64,000 nt of DNA from Candidatus Poribacteria bacterium. Lineage in GTDB: Bacteria > Poribacteria > WGA-4E > WGA-3G. The stretch lies in assembly GCA_965214095.1 (NCBI GenBank), contig OZ243938.1, positions 288,001-352,000 of the forward strand. Direction: 5' to 3'. Below, one piece after another: positions 55,918 to 64,000 of this stretch (position 1 is its first letter; the number at the start of each line of letters is the position of its first letter). A program made the translations under genes and the position numbers. Under the pieces are notes generated by a model. The model was not told the origin of the DNA. It ran no database searches and was given only the letters and a program-made list of their open reading frames with translations.

Positions 55918-58900
55918 ATGAACTTAACACCGAATCAACAATTTGCATTAGATATAGATCGACACATCTGCGTAACAGCGGGGGCAGGCTCTGGTAAGAC
56001 CACCGTTCTAGTTGACCGATATCTTGAAATACTTAGGCAAGAAAACATCACACCAGAAATGGTTGTTGCGATTACTTTTACTGACAAAGCCGCTGCTGAA
56101 ATGAAAGGTAGAATTATTGAGAAATTAAATGAAGTTGATAATGCAGAGATACGGACAAGGCATATTGAGCAGATGAACAGTGCACCAATATCAACAATAC
56201 ACTCCTTTTGTGGAAATATACTCAGAGAATTTCCTTTCCAAGCAGGAGTTCCGGCAAACTTCAGTATCGTACAAGGTATTGACCAAAAACTCCTAATTAA
56301 TCAATCAATACAAGAATACTTGAGAGATATTGCCACCGATCCAAACCATATTCATCACGACGCATTACGATATTCACTCCAAAGATATGGAAATCGTACT
56401 AAATTGTTAGATCTTTTTTCAATACTGATAGATAAACGTGACATCGTTGATCAACTCTTAGTTAGTGTTTATGCAGGTAGCAGTAATGGTGAAATACCTG
56501 CAGAATGGAAAGAGGCGTTTCTTGAGGAGTTACCATCTGAAACTGATGTTGATGAATTTCTTCATGCTCTATCTGCTGTTTTACAGGTTGCAACAGGTAA
56601 AAACACCACCGAAGTTGGGATATTAGGATCTAAATTAGAAATGTTACCAGATAGAAATGCACGTTCTACTGACGTTCGGAACTTGTTGAATGAGATTGCA
56701 CCTTTGATTACCACTTCAGGAGATAACATCGCAAAAAGGGATTTCATAGGCAGTCGTGTAGATGTGTCTGAACTTCAAGAGGAAATTGACATTTTAGTAT
56801 CGGTAGCAACAAAGATTAAATCTGCTCCACAGATTGATAGTGAAGATACAGAAACAGACGATCTATTTATGTTAAAGACTACAAAACACCTGCTTTCTCT
56901 ATATAATGGAATACAAAACGAATATCAAAATAACAAACTTGCACAAGGCAAACTGGATTTCACTGATTTGCAGTTGATGACACGGGACTTACTAAAATCC
57001 AATGAGACCATCCGAAACAAATTGGTTGAACGGCATAAATATTTCATGATTGATGAATATCAAGATACAAACGAAGTGCAGTATGAATTAGTTATGTTGC
57101 TCACAAATCAACTTCAAGATGCCAATCTATTTATCGTTGGTGACCCGAAACAGAGCATTTTCGGGTTTCGTGGTGCTGATGTGCGTATCTTTGATAAAAC
57201 AAGAACGATTATTGAAGGAAACGGTGGAGAGAATATTCAACTCAAGGAAAACTTCCGATCTCTCCGAAAGCCAGTTGGATTCGTCAATCACTTTTTTAAA
57301 AGTTTAATGGGAGATGGCACACAGACCGAATACGATGTACCTTTTGAAGCATTGACAAAAGCGCGTACGGACAGCGGTGAAGGATCCGTAGAAATATTGT
57401 TAGGCAATAGTGGTGATTCACCAGTTAGTGAATATAGACTCATAGCACATCACATAAACACTATGGTTGCCGATGGAATAAACTATGAGGACATTGCAAT
57501 TTTGATCCGTAATAGATCACATCTTCCTGATCTTGAAGAGGCTTTGATTTCCGCAGGTATACCCTATCTTACCACTGGTGGCGTTGGTTTCTATCAACGA
57601 CAAGAAATATACGATATCTGGAACTACCTTCACTTTCTTAATGATCCAGACAACAATCACACCTCACTGGTCGGAATATTACGCGGTCCTGCTTTCGGTA
57701 TTTCTGATACTGAGTTGTATGAAATCTCAATTCAAAGAGGTGACAGTTTCTGGGAAAAAGTAAGAAGGTTTCAAACGCCTTCTGTGCGTTTAAGAGAAGC
57801 AATTGAGATTATCAGGAATCAGATTCAGTCCGCACACCGTATGCCAGTGAATCAACTGATTCAAACTGTTGTTAATGAAACAGGACTAATTGGAACATTG
57901 AATTTAGGTCAACAAGGACAACAAAGATATGCCAACTACCAGAAACTTTTAGACCTCGCAAGACACTATGATGGCGAAGAAAACAGTCAGACTCTTGCGG
58001 ATTTCATTAATTTTCTGGATATACTAATTACGGATGAACCTCGTGAAGGACAAGCACCCATAGAAAATACAAGTGGGTTAGTAGAAATAATGACAGTTCA
58101 TTCTGCTAAAGGTAAACAATTTCCAGTTGTGATACTCCCTTGCCTTCATCGTAGTGGACGTCCTACATCAGAACCGTTTATTGACGAAAAAGTTGGTATC
58201 GGATTTAGACCTCTTAAACCTGATGAAAACTACACAAAATCTGAACCTAAGATTGCAGAAATGATGAAGAATCGTGCTGCAAATAAAGATGAAGCAGAAA
58301 AGAAGAGATTGCTTTATGTTGCTGCAACCCGCGCAAAAGATCAACTTGTGCTTTCTGGAGCACTCAGTCACTACGGTAAGACAGGCAACTTATTGAAATG
58401 GTTGTATGAACATCTTGGTATAAACACGGAAGATGAGAATGCAAGTTTAGAAGTAGCAGTTGATGAATACGCTAATCAAACCACACTACAAAATCGTGTC
58501 CAACTTAATATACCAATTGTTAAGACAATTGATGTAACAACAATTTCTGACAAACTATCACATGAAGAACATCATGAAGATTTTCCAGAACTTTCATTAC
58601 AGTCATTGCAACAAGGTTCTATTGAATTATCCTATTCAGTTATTGAACTTGCTAACTACTCCAGATGTCCATTACGATACCAGTTGGAGCATGTGTTACG
58701 AATACCTTCATTTGATAGATTACAATCTGACAGGAATGATGAAGTATTAGATTATATTGTACGTTATATTCTTTTTCGCGCTAACCAACGTCAAGATAGA
58801 CACTACCTTCACGGTATAATTGACCGTGCTTTTGAGAACTATCATGATACAAATAATGAAACACTAACTGCTGGACAAAGGGAACGGATTATGGAACACA

Positions 58901-59349
58901 TAATGAACTATCAGAACTCTGAAATAGCAGAAATGATACATAAGTCGTCTAAAACAAGAAATAGTCGTTCCATACATGCAAATATAAATGGACAGATAAT
59001 CTCAGGTAGAATTGACAGAATGTTCAAAGATGATACAGGTCATTGGAATGGAGTCAATTTTGTTACAGATAAACAGTTTGAAGCCAGATATTATGAACCT
59101 GAAAAGGAACTTATCGGTCTTATACTACATAAATCGTATCCGGAACAACAAAGTGTTTTAGTCCATTATTTCAATACTTCTTTGAATGAGTATCATACAG
59201 TATGTTATACTGAGACTGATTTTCAGGAGATTTCGGATAAATGGACAACAATAATTACTGCAATGCAGCAAGAGAGATTTGATAAAAACCTTTCACATTG
59301 TAACTTTTGTCAATTTTCAGATATACAAGATAACTGCATTGTAGATTAA
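55918..59349 (+). CDS. UvrD/AddA-like SF1 helicase with a C-terminal PD-(D/E)xK-like domain
   Basis: AGAGSGKT, ITFTDKAA, STIHSF, IDEYQDT, VGDPKQSI..FRGA, MTVHSAKG, RLLYVAATRA; C-terminal CP...CNFC...C. Confidence 0.88.
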   Translation: MNLTPNQQFALDIDRHICVTAGAGSGKTTVLVDRYLEILRQENITPEMVVAITFTDKAAAEMKGRIIEKLNEVDNAEIRTRHIEQMNSAPISTIHSFCGNILREFPFQAGVPANFSIVQGIDQKLLINQSIQEYLRDIATDPNHIHHDALRYSLQRYGNRTKLLDLFSILIDKRDIVDQLLVSVYAGSSNGEIPAEWKEAFLEELPSETDVDEFLHALSAVLQVATGKNTTEVGILGSKLEMLPDRNARSTDVRNLLNEIAPLITTSGDNIAKRDFIGSRVDVSELQEEIDILVSVATKIKSAPQIDSEDTETDDLFMLKTTKHLLSLYNGIQNEYQNNKLAQGKLDFTDLQLMTRDLLKSNETIRNKLVERHKYFMIDEYQDTNEVQYELVMLLTNQLQDANLFIVGDPKQSIFGFRGADVRIFDKTRTIIEGNGGENIQLKENFRSLRKPVGFVNHFFKSLMGDGTQTEYDVPFEALTKARTDSGEGSVEILLGNSGDSPVSEYRLIAHHINTMVADGINYEDIAILIRNRSHLPDLEEALISAGIPYLTTGGVGFYQRQEIYDIWNYLHFLNDPDNNHTSLVGILRGPAFGISDTELYEISIQRGDSFWEKVRRFQTPSVRLREAIEIIRNQIQSAHRMPVNQLIQTVVNETGLIGTLNLGQQGQQRYANYQKLLDLARHYDGEENSQTLADFINFLDILITDEPREGQAPIENTSGLVEIMTVHSAKGKQFPVVILPCLHRSGRPTSEPFIDEKVGIGFRPLKPDENYTKSEPKIAEMMKNRAANKDEAEKKRLLYVAATRAKDQLVLSGALSHYGKTGNLLKWLYEHLGINTEDENASLEVAVDEYANQTTLQNRVQLNIPIVKTIDVTTISDKLSHEEHHEDFPELSLQSLQQGSIELSYSVIELANYSRCPLRYQLEHVLRIPSFDRLQSDRNDEVLDYIVRYILFRANQRQDRHYLHGIIDRAFENYHDTNNETLTAGQRERIMEHIMNYQNSEIAEMIHKSSKTRNSRSIHANINGQIISGRIDRMFKDDTGHWNGVNFVTDKQFEARYYEPEKELIGLILHKSYPEQQSVLVHYFNTSLNEYHTVCYTETDFQEISDKWTTIITAMQQERFDKNLSHCNFCQFSDIQDNCIVD

Positions 59350-59364
59350 ATAAAGGGAAAAATA

Positions 59365-60063
59365 ATGAAAATGGCTATTCGCTCAAAACTTTCTCTCATT
59401 CTGTTAGGTTTATCAATTCTTCTTATTTCATCAGTATTTGCAGGAACGTGGCGAGACGATTTTGAAGATAATAAAACAAATGAATGGGAAGTTTACAATG
59501 AAGATAAACAGTTAGAAAAATGGTGGATCAATGATGGAGAAGCAGTTGGGGAAATATTCATTGAAGGTTTTTGGAGTTTATGGCTTACTGGAGACATAGA
59601 TTGGGAATTCTATAGTGTATCCTGCCGTGCCATGTTGGAAGAGGATAGAGAAGAGCAATCATCCTTTGGTTTAACACTACACGATAGAGGCGATGAAGAG
59701 AGTCGGTATGTGTTTATAATTGATTATATACACAACACTGCAAGGATCATTAAAGGTGTTCCTGGAGGTGGATCGGTAGTATCTGATTTCGTTGTTGAAA
59801 AGGGAGTCTGGTATGATCTTAAGGCAATTGTAAAAGAAGATGGGACTCTTGCATTTCATATTGACGACACAGTGTTTGAAGCGATAGACCCAGCACCATT
59901 AAGTGGCGGACAAGCAGGTTTTGTTATAGGCGGTTCGCGCTCCAGATTTGATAATATTGAAATTACTGGTGATAACATACCAAATGGTGGGCCTGGAAAA
60001 CCTTTTGATGTTGCACCGAAAGATAAACTCACTACTACTTGGGGAAAACTCAAAATAAAGTGA
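59365..60063 (+). CDS. Secreted ConA/LamG-like (DUF1080-like) protein with a KLTTTWGKLK C-terminal tail
   Basis: Signal peptide, GTWRDDFED, WY.L, G.AG, FDNI, tail VAPKDKLTTTWGKLK. Confidence 0.7.
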   Translation: MKMAIRSKLSLILLGLSILLISSVFAGTWRDDFEDNKTNEWEVYNEDKQLEKWWINDGEAVGEIFIEGFWSLWLTGDIDWEFYSVSCRAMLEEDREEQSSFGLTLHDRGDEESRYVFIIDYIHNTARIIKGVPGGGSVVSDFVVEKGVWYDLKAIVKEDGTLAFHIDDTVFEAIDPAPLSGGQAGFVIGGSRSRFDNIEITGDNIPNGGPGKPFDVAPKDKLTTTWGKLKIK

Positions 60064-60184
60064 GTAAATCAGTAAATACTCACCTGCATACCGGTAAGAA
60101 ATGGAAAAAGGAAATAAAATCTGCAGTTCTGTTCATGTCAAAAACCGCGTTGATGTTTATGTCAATTCGTATATTAATTCAACA

Positions 60185-61828
60185 ATGCAGCGTATGCTGA
60201 CATTTTGTTTCTTTGTTTATTTCTTTCTCTTGACAGTGAATATTCCAGCAGAACAACTGCCACAATTCACTGATATCACCAGAGAAGCAGGGATTACTTT
60301 CATCCACAATAACGGTGCATTCGGTAAAAAATATCTGCCAGAAACAATGGGGTCAGGATGTGCTTTCATTGACTATAATAATGATGGATGGCAGGATATT
60401 CTTCTTGTAAATGGAATGGATTGGGAGAATCAGAAAACAGGTAAATCGCAAACACCGGCACTCTATAGGAATAATCGAGATGGAACTTTCGCAGATGTTA
60501 CCACATCTTCTGGCTTGAATAATTCAATGTATGGCATGGGTGTTGCTGTTGCTGATTACGATAACGATGGAGATGATGACATATACCTGAGTTGCCTTAA
60601 CGCAGATAGATTGTTTCAAAACAGTGGGAATGGCACATTTCTGGATGTGACTGAAAAAGCAGGTATTACCAACCCCGGTTTTGGCACAAGTTGTGCTTGG
60701 CTTGATTACAATCAAGATGGACATCTTGATATATATGTGGCGAATTATGTTGAGTGGACAATTGAGACAGACCTTTTTTGCACACTTGACGGCAAAAACA
60801 AATCCTACTGTACACCCAAATCTTACAAAGGTCAGTCAAGTAAACTCTTTCGCAACCGGGGAAATGGAACATTTGTTGATGTATCCCGCCAAGCAGGAAT
60901 AAGCGACCCGTTCAGCAAATCCTTAGGGATATGTATTCTTGATTACAATCAAGATGGTCTCCCCGATATTTTTGAAGCCAACGATACACAACCCAACAAA
61001 TTATATCAGAATAATGGGGATGGAACTTTCATTGAAGTAGGTATGTTGGCAGCGGTGGCATATAACGAAAGTGGTGTAGCAACAGGGGCAATGGGTGTTG
61101 ATGCAGCTGACTATGACCGTATTGGTAGAGAAAGCCTTATCATAGGTAATTTTTCCAACGAAATGTTGAATTTATACCATAACGATGGTGGCTTCTTCAT
61201 TGACGATGCACCTGTAGCACAAATTGGTCATACGAGTCTTTTGACGCTTACATTCGGTTGCTTTTTCTTCGATTTTGACCTTGATGGACATGAGGATATT
61301 TTTACTGCAAATGGGCATGTTGAAACTGATATAAACAGTGTTCAGAGTGAAGTTACTTATGCACAGTCCCCGCATCTATTTCGTAATTTGTCAGATGGTA
61401 AGTTTGCAGATGTCTTGGACAAAGTTGGCAATGATTTAGGTAAGCCTATCGTTGGACGAGGGGCTGCTTATGCTGATATTGATAACGACGGAGACCTTGA
61501 TATACTCGTCACTACATCCAACGGTCCAGCACATTTATACCGTAATGACGGTGGAAATCGTAATAATTGGTTGAAAATAAAACTGGTTGGAAAGAAAAGT
61601 AATCGGAATGGAATTGGCTCACGTATCCGTATAACTTCTGCAACTGGCACACAGACAAAGACTGTAAAAAGTGGGTCAAGTTATTGTTCTCAAAGTGAGT
61701 TGAATGCAATTTTCGGGGTGAAGGACGATACGATAGTTGAAAAAATTGAGGTTACTTGGCAAAGTGGTACTGTGACTACACTCAAGAATAGTAAAGTGAA
61801 TCAATTAATCATAATCAATGAAGAATAA
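60185..61828 (+). CDS. CRTAC1 / ASPIC-UnbV family FG-GAP repeat protein
   Basis: FTDIT..AGI, ETMGSG, repeated DYNNDG/DYDNDG Ca loops, GRGAAYADIDNDGD, NRNGIG, SYCSQ. Confidence 0.9.
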   Translation: MQRMLTFCFFVYFFLLTVNIPAEQLPQFTDITREAGITFIHNNGAFGKKYLPETMGSGCAFIDYNNDGWQDILLVNGMDWENQKTGKSQTPALYRNNRDGTFADVTTSSGLNNSMYGMGVAVADYDNDGDDDIYLSCLNADRLFQNSGNGTFLDVTEKAGITNPGFGTSCAWLDYNQDGHLDIYVANYVEWTIETDLFCTLDGKNKSYCTPKSYKGQSSKLFRNRGNGTFVDVSRQAGISDPFSKSLGICILDYNQDGLPDIFEANDTQPNKLYQNNGDGTFIEVGMLAAVAYNESGVATGAMGVDAADYDRIGRESLIIGNFSNEMLNLYHNDGGFFIDDAPVAQIGHTSLLTLTFGCFFFDFDLDGHEDIFTANGHVETDINSVQSEVTYAQSPHLFRNLSDGKFADVLDKVGNDLGKPIVGRGAAYADIDNDGDLDILVTTSNGPAHLYRNDGGNRNNWLKIKLVGKKSNRNGIGSRIRITSATGTQTKTVKSGSSYCSQSELNAIFGVKDDTIVEKIEVTWQSGTVTTLKNSKVNQLIIINEE

Positions 61829-61865
61829 TCCAAAAAGTATGCCTAATATATAATACTATTGTGCA

Positions 61866-62285
61866 TTATAAATCAAATATTACTTGTGCTTCCCAATCAC
61901 CGTCTGTGTTTTGAACGACATATAATTGGTGATATGTTACTGCTTTAATTTCAGTATATACGATATGTTTGTCAAAATCTGTGGGTTCACCGTACACCTT
62001 AGCGATTAATTCTGTTGAACTGATTGATGTTATTTCAACGCTCTTGAAGAACATCTCTTCTGTTTCATGTTTGAAAATCAATTCATCTAACCATGCAACT
62101 AATAGCATTTCAACCGTATCGGATTCAAGTTTAACATCCAATGATGTAGTTTCATCAATTGAATCAATAACAGCTATCATTTCAAATAATCCTTGTGCTG
62201 CATTAGTAAAGAGAGAATGTAGAGAATCACCCCTAACAAGCATCCCCGCATCTGCAGTATGTTCTATGTATTCAAATGGTTTCAT
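61866..62285 (-). CDS. Archease
   Basis: EYIEHTAD, LVAWLDEL, EIKAVTYHQL, C-terminal IFDL. Confidence 0.93.
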   Translation of the reverse strand: MKPFEYIEHTADAGMLVRGDSLHSLFTNAAQGLFEMIAVIDSIDETTSLDVKLESDTVEMLLVAWLDELIFKHETEEMFFKSVEITSISSTELIAKVYGEPTDFDKHIVYTEIKAVTYHQLYVVQNTDGDWEAQVIFDL

Positions 62286-62382
62286 AGTTATAGGAACAGA
62301 ATCATCAATTCAAGATTAAGTTTGAGATATTATAGACAAGAAACTATTTTGTGTCATCAACATTTTCTATAGGAAGCTAACA

Positions 62383-64000
62383 ATGCGTAGTTCTTTTCTT
62401 CGGCATATTAAACGAATATGTTTCTACATTCTCATAGGATTGTTCTGTCTTATAACGTGTGATTTACTTGCAGAACCTTGGAAATGTGGTACTCCGCTCT
62501 TATGTGAGAATTTTACACATGAACATAACGAAGACATTATCAATACCATTGGGATCTCTTCTTTACAAGCTGCACCCGCAGAAATAGGTCAGACCAATCG
62601 GTTCTTTGTACACATACCGGAAGCATCAATTGACGCAACATGTGTTGCGGTTGGAAAGTACTGTTATATCTTCGTTGAAGACACTTATAAAAATATGCTG
62701 ACTGAAAATCAAGCCAAAGATGTCGCTGATACTTTTGATACAGAGATATATCCCAAAGTTCACCATTGGATCGGTTCAGAAACACAACCTGGTTTAGATC
62801 GCGACAACAGAATAACCTTATTATTCCATGATGTAGGTATGAATCAGTCAGGACAAAATTATGGTGGATATTTTTCTCCTGCCGATCTTCATCCTACGCA
62901 TCCGACAAGTAACAGACGAGACATTGTTTATATGGATATATTTCAGTATAAACAACGAAGCAGACTTACCTTCAACAGTATACTTGCCCACGAATTTGCA
63001 CATCTAATCAACTGGTATCAGAACGGTGGCACATCAGACCAACGGTGGTTAGAAGAAGGAATCGCATCCTTCACTGAATGGGGGATATATGGATATGTTC
63101 ATACAATCTTTGTAGATGGATATCTTGCTGACCCAAGCATCTCTTTGACAACGGCTAACACGCTTGATTCATATTACGGAGCTGCGTTTATGTTTCTGCT
63201 ATACCTATATGAGAACCATGGCGGGATCAATTTCATTCGCAGACTTGCAGATGAAGATAAACTTGGTTTACCAGCGATTGATACATCTTTAGCAGATAGT
63301 GAGAATCTGATTTCTATCTTCCTCAATTGGGCAACTGCAAATTGGTTAAACAACTCAAAATATGGAAAGAATCTTAACTACCAAAATCTGCTAAATCGTA
63401 AAGTCACTAATCGCACACCACAGGTGATTCAGTATCCAACGACATCAGATAACATACATGTTGATAGTTGGGGCGTAAGATATATACTCTTTAGAAACCT
63501 ACCGCCAAAATTTGAATTGACCTTAACTTCAAACAAGGATGCATATCTATATGCAAATGTTGCTTATTTTTCACCAGATAGAAACCAACCATTTATCAAA
63601 TCAGTTTTACCTATATTTGATGAGAACGGAGTAGAAAGCAAACAAATCAACAAAATAGAGATAGGCAACCTAAACCACGACGGTGAGATCCTTTTAATCG
63701 TCACGTCTGAGTATCCACAAAGTTTTCAATACACTGCGAAACAAGATGACGCAATTACTACGATAGACATTGAAAAACTAATACAGACTCATCAACGGAA
63801 TTATAATCACTCTATTGAAAATTGGTTTCCACTTACAGATACATATCATCCTCAAAGCAACACACAACCGATATATTCAAACGAAAATAATGGATTCTCT
63901 TTAACCCCGACCAATCAATCTATTGAACTTGAACCTGTCTCTCAAATACATCTCTCCAGCAATTACAATGAGATTTTGATAAGAGACAATATTGCTTACG
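62383..64000 (+). CDS. Secreted zinc metallopeptidase (M30/gluzincin-like; runs off the right edge)
   Basis: Manual translation: signal peptide, KCGTP, GGYFS, ILAHEFAHLIN, WLEEGIA, YGAAFMFLLYL. Absent from the ORF track because it is truncated. Confidence 0.8.
   Translation, partial: MRSSFLRHIKRICFYILIGLFCLITCDLLAEPWKCGTPLLCENFTHEHNEDIINTIGISSLQAAPAEIGQTNRFFVHIPEASIDATCVAVGKYCYIFVEDTYKNMLTENQAKDVADTFDTEIYPKVHHWIGSETQPGLDRDNRITLLFHDVGMNQSGQNYGGYFSPADLHPTHPTSNRRDIVYMDIFQYKQRSRLTFNSILAHEFAHLINWYQNGGTSDQRWLEEGIASFTEWGIYGYVHTIFVDGYLADPSISLTTANTLDSYYGAAFMFLLYLYENHGGINFIRRLADEDKLGLPAIDTSLADSENLISIFLNWATANWLNNSKYGKNLNYQNLLNRKVTNRTPQVIQYPTTSDNIHVDSWGVRYILFRNLPPKFELTLTSNKDAYLYANVAYFSPDRNQPFIKSVLPIFDENGVESKQINKIEIGNLNHDGEILLIVTSEYPQSFQYTAKQDDAITTIDIEKLIQTHQRNYNHSIENWFPLTDTYHPQSNTQPIYSNENNGFSLTPTNQSIELEPVSQIHLSSNYNEILIRDNIAY

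Noticed and set aside
62540-62785. 81-aa minus-strand ORF
   Set aside because: Lies antisense within the metallopeptidase gene starting at 62383.

Overview
AT-rich bacterial window, most likely from Candidatus Poribacteria. This is an inference from a secreted protein ending in the V-x-P-K-D-K-L-T-T-T-W-G-K-L-K tail, two DUF1501/DUF1553 pairs, and the phytanoyl-CoA dioxygenase, sulfatase and FGE-domain genes. It holds about 50 CDSs, including gnd, murQ, selA, an archaeal-type phosphopantothenate synthetase, ABC/BCCT transporters, an AddA/UvrD-like helicase, archease and an IS200/IS605-family tnpB element. Best leads: (1) a tusA-dsrE-(TusA/OsmC fusion)-core-MetE-like sulfur-relay cluster interrupted by a ~215-nt multi-hairpin non-coding element; (2) a compact kissing-loop RNA leader between a strong promoter and tnpB; (3) eleven complete MITEs of four TIR/target-duplication classes that all carry GTAG-hairpin REP-like cargo; (4) tandem PhyH paralogues with HxH in place of HxD; (5) an AddA-like helicase whose nuclease motif looks dead while its four Fe-S cysteines remain. 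No rRNA, tRNA or CRISPR array was recognised. All family calls come from motif recognition, not database searches.
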